64,000 bases of DNA from Candidatus Woesearchaeota archaeon (GTDB lineage Archaea; Nanobdellota; Nanobdellia; SCGC-AAA011-G17; JACPIM01), in NCBI GenBank assembly GCA_964513145.1, contig CAZELK010000001.1, forward strand, positions 96,001 through 160,000, given 5' to 3'. The notes below the pieces were generated by a model. That model made no database searches and had not been told where the DNA came from. It saw only the letters and a list, made by a program, of their open reading frames with translations. This document shows, one piece after another, positions 37,656 to 47,224 of this stretch. Every line of letters begins with the position of its first letter. The first letter of the stretch is position 1. A program made the position numbers and the translations under genes.

Positions 37656-38945
37656 ATGGGAAAAATAAGCCCAGTATCATCAAAATATATAGTTCATACT
37701 CAAATACAGATTGAGGGTGTTGTTGATAGACCTGATGTTATTGGTGCAGTTTTTGGCCAGACAGAAGGTTTATTAGGGTCTGAACTTGAATTAAGAGAAC
37801 TTCAAAGATCTGGAAGAATAGGAAGAATCGAAGTTAAATTAGACACTAAAGGTGGAAAAGCAGAGGGATCCATAATAATACCTTCCAGCTTAGATAAAGC
37901 TGAAACAGTAATTATTGCTGCTGCTTTGGAAACTATTCAAAGGATAGGTCCTTGCAATGCGAAGGTAAAGATAGAAAAAATTGAAGATGTAAGAATTTCT
38001 AAAAGAAATTTTGTTGTTGAGAGGGCAAAAGAATTGTTAAAACAATTAACAGAAGATATTTTGCCTGATTCGCAGGAGATTACAGATGAGGTAGCTAGTT
38101 CTGTGAGGATGATGGAGATTACAGAGTATGGAAAAGACAGGCTGCCTGCAGGTCCAAATATTGAAGAGGCTGAAGAAGTTATTTTAGTTGAAGGAAGAGC
38201 TGATGTTCTTAACTTACTAAAATATGGAATCAAAAATGTTGTTGGAATGAATGGAACTGCTGTTCCACCAAGCATAGTTGAATTAAGCAAGAAAAAAACT
38301 TTGACTTTATTTGTTGATGGAGATAGGGGCGGGGATTTAATTATAAAAGCAGTCTCTGAAATTGCTGAAATAGATTATGTAATAAAGGCTCCTGATGGAA
38401 AAGAAGTAGAAGAAATAACAAAGAAAGAAATACACAAGGCTTTAAGAAGCAAGGTTGCAATAGAACAAATTAAAATGGATTTATCCAGAGTAACTGATTC
38501 TTTAAGAAAGCCGATTATAAGAAGAGACCAGCAATATAACAGAGAACCTTATAATAGGGAACAACAGTATAGCAGAGAACAACCTTACAGCAAAGAAAGC
38601 AGCAGAGAACAGTACAGTAGGATACCTCCAAAATCAGTTGTTGCAAAAGAAGGCTTAAAAAAAATGCTTGATGATCTTGTAGGGACAAGAGGCGCTTATA
38701 TTTTGGATAATAACTCCAATATATTGGGCAAAGTACCTACATCAGAATTAACTACAACAATCAAAGACCTTAACAGCGGAAACATATATGCAATTGTTTT
38801 TGATGGTTCAATTACTAAGGATATAGTTTCCATAGCAGAAAAGTCAAATGTCAAGGTTTTGGTTGCGATGGATTCAAGAATAAAATCCTCTGAAACACCT
38901 ATTGACATATTAACAAGCACTGATTTACAAACAGTGCAGACTTAA
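37656..38945 (+). CDS. dnaG: Archaeal DnaG (primase-like / exosome-associated)
   Basis: PDVIGAVFGQTEGLLG, VEGRADV, FVDGDRGG TOPRIM, APDGKEVEE. Confidence 0.95.
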   Translation: MGKISPVSSKYIVHTQIQIEGVVDRPDVIGAVFGQTEGLLGSELELRELQRSGRIGRIEVKLDTKGGKAEGSIIIPSSLDKAETVIIAAALETIQRIGPCNAKVKIEKIEDVRISKRNFVVERAKELLKQLTEDILPDSQEITDEVASSVRMMEITEYGKDRLPAGPNIEEAEEVILVEGRADVLNLLKYGIKNVVGMNGTAVPPSIVELSKKKTLTLFVDGDRGGDLIIKAVSEIAEIDYVIKAPDGKEVEEITKKEIHKALRSKVAIEQIKMDLSRVTDSLRKPIIRRDQQYNREPYNREQQYSREQPYSKESSREQYSRIPPKSVVAKEGLKKMLDDLVGTRGAYILDNNSNILGKVPTSELTTTIKDLNSGNIYAIVFDGSITKDIVSIAEKSNVKVLVAMDSRIKSSETPIDILTSTDLQTVQT

Positions 38946-39028
38946 TTTTTTAATTCTTTTTATTTTTAGTATTTTTTCTAAACAAGCTTATAGAAACATT
39001 TTTATTCTTTTTAATTTCTTATTTATCA

Positions 39029-39508
39029 ATGCAAAGAAATAAAGTTCTTATAATAATCTTGGCTATCATGATATTTATAGGTTTTAATTTTTATTATTTT
39101 GGTTTAATTAAAAAAACCTGTGATTCTTCTGAATGTTTTTTAGAATATGTTAAAGATTGTTCTCCTGTAAAATATGGAAATTTAATCAACAATAACAAAT
39201 ACAAATATGAAATTTCAAGATCATTTGGGTCTAAATGCAAATTATGGGTTTATCTTGAAAGGGCTTCTGAAGGCACTGATTTTGAGACAAAAGAAAAGTT
39301 AGTTGGAAAATCAATGAGATGCTTAATACCAAAAGATGAATTGGCTTTTGTTAAAGTAACTGAAGTCAATAATTTGTTGCAATACTGCACAGGGTCTTTA
39401 AAAGAAGGAATTTATGAAATAATTATAAAAAACATGTATAATTTAATTTTAAGCAATCTAGGAGAAGTTTTAAGCGACGTACAAACTTCTTTAATTAAAC
39501 AATTATAA
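39029..39508 (+). CDS. Membrane-anchored Cys-containing hypothetical protein
   Basis: N-term TM; six Cys. Confidence 0.6.
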   Translation: MQRNKVLIIILAIMIFIGFNFYYFGLIKKTCDSSECFLEYVKDCSPVKYGNLINNNKYKYEISRSFGSKCKLWVYLERASEGTDFETKEKLVGKSMRCLIPKDELAFVKVTEVNNLLQYCTGSLKEGIYEIIIKNMYNLILSNLGEVLSDVQTSLIKQL

Positions 39509-39509
39509 A

Positions 39510-39932
39510 TTAATCTATATTTATTCTGCTTCCAATTTTAGTTTTCATTTTCGGTATTGTTATTTTTAGGCTGTTATTTTTAAATTCTGCCTTTATATTG
39601 TCAATATCAACATGACCAGGTATGCCAATATTTGCCTTATAACCCCTATATGTTGATTCTTCAGAATCTTTTTTTATTAATTTCTTCTTTTTTTCAGCAG
39701 TAATATCAAGACTGTTGTGATTGATTTTTACATTTATATCTTCTTTATCAAGACCATGCAGCTCAACATTAATTGTTACAAGATTGCTGTTTTGAGAAAT
39801 ATTTATTGATGGTCTTTTATAATTTCCAAAAACACTTTCATTAAATTTTTCAAAAACATTATTGATTTCTTTTTGCACAGAACCAATATTATCCTGTATT
39901 TTATTAAAATTAATCAAATCCTTAACACCCAT
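39510..39932 (-). CDS. Small heat shock protein (Hsp20)
   Basis: ELHGLDKEDINV, KAEFKNNSLKITIPK. Confidence 0.88.
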   Translation of the reverse strand: MGVKDLINFNKIQDNIGSVQKEINNVFEKFNESVFGNYKRPSINISQNSNLVTINVELHGLDKEDINVKINHNSLDITAEKKKKLIKKDSEESTYRGYKANIGIPGHVDIDNIKAEFKNNSLKITIPKMKTKIGSRINID

Positions 39933-39954
39933 TTAATATCACCTCTTCTTTGAA

Positions 39955-40512
39955 TTAACTAACGTGCTCGTCATGAACACTTTTATAACTATGAAGTTCA
40001 TTTTCTTTAAACCATAATTTAATTTCGTCTTTTGCCTCTTCCTTTGTTCCTGAAGCATGAATCAAGTTTCTACCACCAAATTTTCTTATTGTCGCATAAC
40101 CCATACTAATAGATGAAAAATCTCCCCTGATTGTCCCTGGCTGGGCTTTATTGGGAGAAGTGCTTCCTGTAATTTTTCTAACAACTTCAATAGCATGAAC
40201 ACCTTCTAGAACAATTGCAACAATCGGGCCTTCTGTAAAAAAGTCAAGCAAATTTTCCCAGGCTTTTTTGCCTAAAACTTCTTTGGATTCTGTTGTTTTT
40301 ACACCCATTTCAGTGTAATCTTTTATTGTATGTTCTCCTAATCTCGGGATTAATTCTTCTGGATAATGTTTTTTGGCAAATTCTTTATTAACCCAGACCA
40401 TTTTTAAACCAACAATTTTTAAACCAGTTTTTTCAAACCTAGAAATAATCTCGCCACTTAAACTTCTTTTTACACCATCCGGCTTAATTAAAACTAATGT
40501 TCTTTCTATCAT
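39955..40512 (-). CDS. ndk: Nucleoside diphosphate kinase
   Basis: ERTLVLIKPDGV, PGTIRGDF, NLIHAS. Confidence 0.96.
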   Translation of the reverse strand: MIERTLVLIKPDGVKRSLSGEIISRFEKTGLKIVGLKMVWVNKEFAKKHYPEELIPRLGEHTIKDYTEMGVKTTESKEVLGKKAWENLLDFFTEGPIVAIVLEGVHAIEVVRKITGSTSPNKAQPGTIRGDFSSISMGYATIRKFGGRNLIHASGTKEEAKDEIKLWFKENELHSYKSVHDEHVS

Positions 40513-40679
40513 TCTTTTTTATAATATTTGCTCCATTTAATGTGCAATGGACTTCTTTTAAGCTTGAACATATTTTTATCACATTTATTTGAGCACAGGA
40601 AAATCTGCTTACCTGACTTTTGCACAAATATTTTTCCAGTTCCTAAAGGAATTACATTACCACAAAAATTACATTTCAT
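40509..40679 (-). CDS. rpl24e: 50S ribosomal protein L24e (not in ORF track)
   Basis: MKCNFCGNVIPLGTGKIFVQKSGKQIFLCSNKCDKNMFKLKRSPLHIKWSKYYKKE; canonical operon position. Confidence 0.93.
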   Translation of the reverse strand: MKCNFCGNVIPLGTGKIFVQKSGKQIFLCSNKCDKNMFKLKRSPLHIKWSKYYKKE

Positions 40680-40680
40680 A

Positions 40681-41013
40681 TTATCCTTTTCTTCCCTGAC
40701 TTAATTTTCTTGCTTCGATTTCAGTTTCCCTTAACATTAATGTGTCTTTTTCCCTAATTGGACCTTTGACATTTCTTCTCATAATCTTGCCTTTATCATA
40801 ACCATCTAAAATTCTACATCTAACCTGGGTAACTTCGCCTTTTGTACCTGTTCTTCCCAAGATTTCTTCTACTACTGCCGGAATTGCAGTTGTGAAAAGA
40901 CTTTTTTCTCCAGTACTAGAAGTTTCTTTTGGCATCTCAGCAAAAATAATGCCTTTTCTTTCTTTTCTCTTACTTTTTCTATCTTCTTTTCTTTTTTTTG
41001 CGTCGTCAGCCAT
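40681..41013 (-). CDS. rps28e: 30S ribosomal protein S28e with basic N-terminal extension
   Basis: [15 protein letters not shown]...[16 protein letters not shown]. Confidence 0.93.
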   Translation of the reverse strand: MADDAKKRKEDRKSKRKERKGIIFAEMPKETSSTGEKSLFTTAIPAVVEEILGRTGTKGEVTQVRCRILDGYDKGKIMRRNVKGPIREKDTLMLRETEIEARKLSQGRKG

Positions 41014-41014
41014 T

Positions 41015-41362
41015 TTACTTCTTCTTTTCTATTTCCTTAATTAATTCTTTAGAATCGCCTTCTTTTACAATAGCGACTGCAGTTGTTCCCAATTCAATAC
41101 CTGCTGCAGCACCCAAGTCTGTTTTACTTGGAACTATTACTAAAGGAACTTTTTTTTCCTCGCAAAGAATCGGCATATGCATTAAAATTTCTTTAGGGTT
41201 AACATCTTTAGCTATTACAACTAATTTTGCCAGCCCCCTATCAACTATTTTTGTAACTTCATTTACCCCTTTTTTTATTTTTCCTGTATTTTTAGCTATT
41301 TCAATAGCTTCGTATGCCTTACTTACAATTTCTTTTGGAAAATCATCATCTAAACTTACCAT
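41015..41362 (-). CDS. rpl7ae: 50S ribosomal protein L7Ae
   Basis: [28 protein letters not shown]. Confidence 0.95.
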   Translation of the reverse strand: MVSLDDDFPKEIVSKAYEAIEIAKNTGKIKKGVNEVTKIVDRGLAKLVVIAKDVNPKEILMHMPILCEEKKVPLVIVPSKTDLGAAAGIELGTTAVAIVKEGDSKELIKEIEKKK

Positions 41363-41489
41363 GTTTTGCTTCCTCCTTCATCACGATATTATTCGTTTTA
41401 GAGATAACTTATTTTCATAAAATTCCTTTTAAATAGGTTTCGTTTTTGCATTATGGTTTTTAGACTGTTTATAGCTTACTTTTGAAATA

Positions 41490-41729
41490 TTAGAATTTAA
41501 TATGTAATTCTTTCATTAAAGCAGGCTTGTCGAAACCAATTATAATTTTGCCGTTTATTTCTATCACAGGAACACCCATTTGCCCTGATTTTTCAACCAT
41601 TTCCTTGGCTGCATTAATGTCTTTTCCAACATCAATTTCCTTATAATCGATACTCTTTTCTTTAAAAAAATCCTTGGCTTTTTTACAGTAAACACAAGTA
41701 CTTGTTGAGTAAATTAAAACTTTGTTCAT
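41490..41729 (-). CDS. Glutaredoxin-like protein (YruB/NrdH family)
   Basis: YSTSTCVYC, SGQMGVPVI. Confidence 0.92.
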   Translation of the reverse strand: MNKVLIYSTSTCVYCKKAKDFFKEKSIDYKEIDVGKDINAAKEMVEKSGQMGVPVIEINGKIIIGFDKPALMKELHIKF

Positions 41730-41767
41730 GCTAATGAGTTAATAATTTTAATTTATATACTTTTTTG

Positions 41768-42331
41768 TTAACTAAAAGTTATATTGTAAATCTTAAGACC
41801 ATTTCTTTTTGCACTTATGTTGAGTAAATGGTAATCATATTCCTGAGAATTTATAAGATTATAATTTTTAGGATCTTTCAAGGGAAACCCACTATATTCC
41901 AGTTCTTCTTTATCTAAATCAACATAAACTTGCGTTCCTTTCCCTGCACTAGCATACATATCAACTTTTTTTGCATAAAAAAGGACTAGGATACTTCCTT
42001 GATCATCAATTAATTCCATATTTTCTGGATTATTTTTCCATCTCCCAGCCAAATAAGCATTATTTCCAAGCAATGATGCCGGAATTTTATAATCAACAGT
42101 CTGATTCGGCATAAACCATTCATCATTACCTAATTCTGCGTCTGGATGCTTGTAACCAAGAAAAATTTGGGGTGTTATTTTTTTGTTAACTGCTTTATTG
42201 GCTGTTATATTTTTTTCATTTTCTACTGTTTTAACAACAGAATTATTTATTGTGCTGTCATTTGAATAATTATTTGTACAGCCCATGATAAACATTAAAA
42301 TTATTAAATAAACCAAATTATATTTCCTCAT
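41768..42331 (-). CDS. Lipoprotein resembling the DipZ C-terminal domain
   Basis: IMGC lipobox; TPQIFLGY, AYLAG.W, F.AKKV. Confidence 0.55.
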   Translation of the reverse strand: MRKYNLVYLIILMFIMGCTNNYSNDSTINNSVVKTVENEKNITANKAVNKKITPQIFLGYKHPDAELGNDEWFMPNQTVDYKIPASLLGNNAYLAGRWKNNPENMELIDDQGSILVLFYAKKVDMYASAGKGTQVYVDLDKEELEYSGFPLKDPKNYNLINSQEYDYHLLNISAKRNGLKIYNITFS

Positions 42332-42380
42332 AATTATTTTGAATATTTAATGCTAAATAAAAATGTTTTGTTAGAAAAAT

Positions 42381-42444
42381 GTCAGAGAATAAGTAGGTAC
42401 GGAAAGAGGTGTTGAGAAAACCATACCTACTTATTCTGTATGAC
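42381..42444 (-). other. Long inverted repeat (17-bp stem, 18-nt loop); ncRNA or terminator candidate
   Basis: AGAATAAGTAGGTACGG (42386-42402) / CCATACCTACTTATTCT (42421-42437); outer GTCA/TGAC. Confidence 0.6.
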
Positions 42445-42528
42445 TATTAGTGTTATCAAAAAGAATGTGTTACTCTCCCCCCTAAGAGTATAATATATGT
42501 TGGACTATATAAATATTTTCAAAAAATT

Positions 42529-43122
42529 CTATATACTACTTTTTAGTAGATTTGTTTTTACTTTAATTATGGCAACATAAAGCGTAATAATTAAAATATT
42601 CATGGCAAGGCTTTTTAGAATTATTTCTCTAAAAGCTTTATAAAAAAATATTTCTGGAAAGAAATTAATCAGGTTGTCTGTTGCCGGATCTAATAACCAT
42701 AAATTGTTATTAAATATCAAGAGATGAAAATTATAAAATAACTTATTGAAATTTATTATGTAAGCAGTTATAGTTGTGATCAGCATAAATATCAATGAAA
42801 TTACAAATATTTTTAATAATTCTTTTTGGAATTTATTAATAAAGAAAATAAAAATAAAAATAAAAATATACAAAATAATTATTGTCAGATTAATTATTTT
42901 CTTTACATCATTTAAATGTTCCTTTTCTTTTTGATTGAAAAATTCATCATTAAGTTCATTATTATATTTAAAATAATTAATCAAATTATATGCATATTCT
43001 TTGGAGTTTATTTCATTTGAGAAATCTCCGTCGCTGTAAAAATCATTATTGAAAACAACTAGCCTAAAGTTTAAAAATATGATAATTAAAGCAAATAATA
43101 TTCCTGGCAAATATTTCATCAT
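42529..43122 (-). CDS. Integral membrane protein, DUF1461/TIGR01906-like
   Basis: E..HL.DVK, F..FH..IF.N..WLLDP..D.LI..FPE.FF. Confidence 0.8.
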   Translation of the reverse strand: MMKYLPGILFALIIIFLNFRLVVFNNDFYSDGDFSNEINSKEYAYNLINYFKYNNELNDEFFNQKEKEHLNDVKKIINLTIIILYIFIFIFIFFINKFQKELLKIFVISLIFMLITTITAYIINFNKLFYNFHLLIFNNNLWLLDPATDNLINFFPEIFFYKAFREIILKSLAMNILIITLYVAIIKVKTNLLKSSI

Positions 43123-43137
43123 GATTTTTATAAATTC

Positions 43138-43713
43138 TTAAATTAATCCACTAATAAACAACAATATTGACAAGACAAGCAAACTAAAATATATTCTCTT
43201 GCTGCCTTGAATAATTTTCCCACCATCAAATGGAAAAACTGGTATTAAGTTAAATAAAGCAAGCCACGAATTAATATTATATCCATAATTACTTATCAAA
43301 TTCACAGTTTTATTATTTGATATACTTATTATTAAAAATATTACTGCAATAATAATATTCATTAATGGACCAACTGAGGCTATTTTTGCCATTTTTTTAC
43401 TATCAACATTGCCATTTATCACTACACCGCCAGGAGCAGCAAATAGAAACCCAAAAAATGCACTTACTATTGATATAAGCAGCATTTTATTGTCTGCCTG
43501 AAACTCCGCGAAACAATTATATTTTTGAGCAAGATACTTGTGAGCTAGTTCATGCAATAAAAATCCTACACCAACTGTGAAGAATGATATAAGGAGATTT
43601 CCCATTAATGTTTGAAAAGAAAAAATGTTATTAGTTATTAAAATTCCAAAAGCAACTGAGATTATAACCCAAGCTTTTATTATGTCCTTTTTTTCTGCTA
43701 ATGAAAATTTCAT
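43138..43713 (-). CDS. Site-2 protease (M50 family)
   Basis: HELAH, ASVGP, NLIP..PFDG. Confidence 0.88.
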   Translation of the reverse strand: MKFSLAEKKDIIKAWVIISVAFGILITNNIFSFQTLMGNLLISFFTVGVGFLLHELAHKYLAQKYNCFAEFQADNKMLLISIVSAFFGFLFAAPGGVVINGNVDSKKMAKIASVGPLMNIIIAVIFLIISISNNKTVNLISNYGYNINSWLALFNLIPVFPFDGGKIIQGSKRIYFSLLVLSILLFISGLI

Positions 43714-44066
43714 TGGCTTTTATTTATTTCTTTATTATATAGATTATTGTCTAACTTATCCAGGACTATTACTGACGGGAAAAATAAACTGCCATCTTTT
43801 GACAGGTATGAATTAAACTGCTGCCCATTTAGATTTATATTCAACATATACAGACCTTTTTCTTCTTTTAAATCAGTAATTGTAGGCTGGCCTTTGCCTG
43901 CCAAAGCAGTATTTAGAAAATTAATAACTCTTTCTTTTGCCTCTTCTTTGCTTATTAAATTAAAAACTTTAAAACCATTTGTCAGAAAAGAAATTATTAT
44001 TAGAATAATTAATAAGATGCTTAGCCCTTGCCAAAGATATATTTTTTTAATTCGAATTTCCTTCAC
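43710..44066 (-). CDS. Membrane-anchored protein resembling the DsbC/DsbG N-terminal domain
   Basis: TM then GLY.L...GQ....YLSKDG..FF. Confidence 0.5.
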   Translation of the reverse strand: MKEIRIKKIYLWQGLSILLIILIIISFLTNGFKVFNLISKEEAKERVINFLNTALAGKGQPTITDLKEEKGLYMLNINLNGQQFNSYLSKDGSLFFPSVIVLDKLDNNLYNKEINKSQ

Positions 44067-44139
44067 TTCAAACTATAATTAGCATTACTATATAAATATT
44101 ACCGCAAAGTTTTATATATAAAAATAAACTAATTAATTT

Positions 44140-44559
44140 ATGCAGAAGAAATATTTTACGCTTCAAGAAGCACAAGAAATTTTAAATCAAATAAAAAATG
44201 AAATAAAAAGGATTATTGAATTAAAATCTTCTTTAGATTTAATAAATTCAATTGACATTGAATATAGTGATGAATATACTGGAAACTTTGATGAGTTAGA
44301 TTTTACAAAGATGAACAAAGAATTCCATAAATTAGCACACGAATTTTATTCTAAAATTGAGTCTGTAGAAAATAAAGGCTGCGTACTAAAAGATTTAGAT
44401 GAAGGTCTTATTGATTTCTATTCCTTATATAATGGGAAAGAAATTTTTCTATGCTGGAAATATGGCGAGAATTATATTGAATATTGGCATGATTTAGACT
44501 CTGATTTTACTGGAAGACAGCATGTAGACAATTTATTAGCCAATAAAAAATTAAATTAA
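44140..44559 (+). CDS. DUF2203 family protein
   Basis: YFTLQEA, G..LKDLDEGLIDF, LCWKYGE..I.YWH....F.GR. Confidence 0.85.
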   Translation: MQKKYFTLQEAQEILNQIKNEIKRIIELKSSLDLINSIDIEYSDEYTGNFDELDFTKMNKEFHKLAHEFYSKIESVENKGCVLKDLDEGLIDFYSLYNGKEIFLCWKYGENYIEYWHDLDSDFTGRQHVDNLLANKKLN

Positions 44560-44620
44560 TTTCTGTAAAATTAATTCCTAAAGTTTATATCTTTTTGTGA
44601 ATATAGCTAAAATGAATATA

Positions 44621-44727
44621 TGCTCCCGCCGGGATTTGAACCCGAGTTTACGGCGCGAAAGGCCGCCGTCCCTCGTCTTCCTTTGAATTTTATTCAAAAA
44701 ATTTTGACCGGACTAGACGACAGGAGC
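44621..44727 (-). tRNA. tRNA-Glu(TTC) with about 32-nt D-loop intron (about 44672-44703)
   Basis: GCTCCTG/CGGGAGC acceptor, GCGGC-CTTTCGC-GCCGT anticodon arm, GGTTCAAATCC; insert folds TTTGAAT/ATTCAAA. Confidence 0.88.
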
Positions 44728-44782
44728 ATATGAATCTTCAGATTTGAATAATTTTTAAAGGTTTGGGTTTTATGTTTTTTTA

Positions 44783-45478
44783 ATGTTAAACAATCTAAAA
44801 CAAGATCTTGAAAATTTAAAAAATAAAGAAAAAGCAATTATTCTGGCAAGGTTCTTTAAAACAGGCAAAGGCCAGTATGGAGAAGGAGATCAGTTTCTGG
44901 GTATTGTTGTTCCAATTCAAAGGAAAATAGCAAAAAAATATATAGCTTTAAGTTTAAATGAAATACAGCAACTTCTCTCAAATAATATTCATGAATTTAG
45001 GTTAACTGCTTTATTAATCGTTGTTGAAAAATATAAACAAGCAGATTCAAAATTAAAAGAGGAAATATACAAATTTTATTTAAGCAATACTAAGTTTGTA
45101 AACAATTGGGACTTGGTTGACTTAACTGCCCCAAACATAGTGGGAGATTTTCTATTAGAAAAAGATAAATCAATTTTATACAAATTAGCTAAATCAGATA
45201 ATTTATGGGAGAGAAGAATATCTATAATTTCAACTTTAAACTTCATAAGAAAAAATCAATTTCAGCACACTTTAGAAATCTCAAAAATTTTGCTTTTTGA
45301 TAAGCACGATTTAATCCAAAAAGCAGTTGGTTGGATGCTAAGAGAATTAGGAAAGAAAAATCAAGAATTAGAAGAAAGTTTTCTAAATGAAAATTATAAA
45401 ACTATGTCAAGAACGACACTAAGGTATTCAATAGAGAAATTTACACCAGAAAAAAAATCTTTTTTTATGAAAAAATAA
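44783..45478 (+). CDS. DNA alkylation repair enzyme (AlkD-like)
   Basis: FKTGKGQYGEGD.FLG, NNWDLVD, LWERR, DLIQKAVGWMLRE. Confidence 0.9.
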   Translation: MLNNLKQDLENLKNKEKAIILARFFKTGKGQYGEGDQFLGIVVPIQRKIAKKYIALSLNEIQQLLSNNIHEFRLTALLIVVEKYKQADSKLKEEIYKFYLSNTKFVNNWDLVDLTAPNIVGDFLLEKDKSILYKLAKSDNLWERRISIISTLNFIRKNQFQHTLEISKILLFDKHDLIQKAVGWMLRELGKKNQELEESFLNENYKTMSRTTLRYSIEKFTPEKKSFFMKK

Positions 45479-45518
45479 TGCAAAAAATTAATATAATCAA
45501 AAAGCTTGAAATAATTTA

Positions 45519-45995
45519 ATGAAACTTTCAAGTATAGCATTCAGAAATAATAATAAAATACCAGAAAAATATACTTGTGATAGTCAGGGTATTTCTCCAC
45601 CATTAGAAATATCAGACATTCCAAAAGAAGCAAGAAGTTTAGTATTGATAATGGAAGATCCAGATATACCTGATTTTGTTAAAGAAAAGTTCAAGATAGA
45701 TATTTGGGATCATTGGGTTATTTTTAATATTCCGTCAAATACAACAAAAATAGAAGAAAGCAAAAACCCAAAAGGAGTTCTAGGTCTAAATACAAGCAAA
45801 AAATTAAGTTATCAAAGTCCATGCCCGCCAGATAAAGAACACAGGTATTTTTTCAAGCTCTTTGCATTAAATTCTTTGTTAAATTTAAAAGAAGGATCTA
45901 CAAAAAAACAAGTTGAAGAATCTATGAAAAATAATATTATCTCTCAAGCAGTTTTAATAGGAACTTATGGAAGAAATAAGCAAAAACAGCAGTAG
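45519..45995 (+). CDS. YbhB/YbcL family (PEBP) protein
   Basis: YTCD...SPPL, EDPD, HWVIFNIP, PCPP...HRY.FKL.AL. Confidence 0.9.
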   Translation: MKLSSIAFRNNNKIPEKYTCDSQGISPPLEISDIPKEARSLVLIMEDPDIPDFVKEKFKIDIWDHWVIFNIPSNTTKIEESKNPKGVLGLNTSKKLSYQSPCPPDKEHRYFFKLFALNSLLNLKEGSTKKQVEESMKNNIISQAVLIGTYGRNKQKQQ

Positions 45996-46048
45996 AAAAC
46001 TATATAAATAAAATACTGCTTATAAATAATAAAAAAGGAGGGTTATTA

Positions 46049-46495
46049 ATGGATAAAAATAATAGGGTTCTCATAGGTGCTGTTTTATTGATCTTTGTCA
46101 CATTATTATCTTTCAATTTAGATACAATTACAGGTCTTTCAACAAAAGACAAAAATATTCCATCTGTTTCTATATCTCCAAAAGTAGTTCAGCCAGGCAG
46201 CAGAATTACAGTTACAGTATGGACTGGTAAATTAGGTATGAATGAAAAAGCCTGCCTTTATGATTCAAATGCAAGAGTTTCTTGTACAAACAATGCTTGT
46301 GCTGGAAATTATAAATGTTATAGTACAGATAAGCAGCCAGTTAGTTTCAATTTTGCCACATCAACAAGTTTAGATTCTGGAGTTTATAGTTTATGTGTTT
46401 GGGATTATTCCCTTGCTCAGGAAAAATTAAGAAAAGGAGATAATTCACAATTAAGAGGTTATGTATGTGGAGAATTCACAATACAAAGCAAATAA
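46049..46495 (+). CDS. Membrane-anchored beta-sandwich protein with ITG motif
   Basis: VLIGAVLL TM then ITG; SD GGAGG. Confidence 0.65.
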   Translation: MDKNNRVLIGAVLLIFVTLLSFNLDTITGLSTKDKNIPSVSISPKVVQPGSRITVTVWTGKLGMNEKACLYDSNARVSCTNNACAGNYKCYSTDKQPVSFNFATSTSLDSGVYSLCVWDYSLAQEKLRKGDNSQLRGYVCGEFTIQSK

Positions 46496-46517
46496 AAGAA
46501 TGAGGTGCAAATAAAAA

Positions 46518-46982
46518 ATGGAAAAAGACAATAAGGTTTTGTTGGGAGCTGTTCTGATATTATTAGTCGCCATGGTTTCATTTAGTTTCAATGATGCAGT
46601 AACAGGCGAAGTAACAAGCTCAGCAGCTTCAGTATCAGCAAGTCCGACACAAGTTTATTTTAACTTTGATGACCTTGCTAATAGGCCAACAAAAATAGTT
46701 ACAGTTACAGTAAATGTAAGGGAAGGCAGTGTTGAAAATGACATTCAACTTTACAGAGATACTGGTGAAAAAGTTGAGGCTAAAAAACAAATTTGTAAAG
46801 CTTCAGCATCTACATGTAGCAAAGGTGTTTATGAAGTTCCAGTGCAAGTAAGCAGTAGTTTGGAAGAAGGAGATTACTTTTTCAGAGTTAGTGGCAGATC
46901 TTTTGCTAAACAAAACCAAAAAGTATATGACTCAAACAAAATAAATGTAGCAAAATACACTTCGTCTTCAGATTACCAATAA
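46518..46982 (+). CDS. Membrane-anchored beta-sandwich protein with VTG motif, paralog of the preceding gene
   Basis: VLLGAVLI TM then VTG; SD GAGGTG. Confidence 0.65.
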   Translation: MEKDNKVLLGAVLILLVAMVSFSFNDAVTGEVTSSAASVSASPTQVYFNFDDLANRPTKIVTVTVNVREGSVENDIQLYRDTGEKVEAKKQICKASASTCSKGVYEVPVQVSSSLEEGDYFFRVSGRSFAKQNQKVYDSNKINVAKYTSSSDYQ

Positions 46983-47224
46983 ACAACTTTTCTTTATTTT
47001 TTTAATTTTTTAAAATAATAAATTAGAAATATAAAAAGATTTTTTAATTATACTTTCAAATAAAAGAAGGTATTTTTTAATTTATCCAAAAGAAATCATT
47101 AAATCTTATTGTATAACTCTATAAAAATTGAATTCTATAATTTTTTGTTGAGCCCCCACAAATTCTTGGCTTCTGAGATAACATTATCAATTAGAAAGTG
47201 TATTAATCAAACTTTTGGAAGAGT

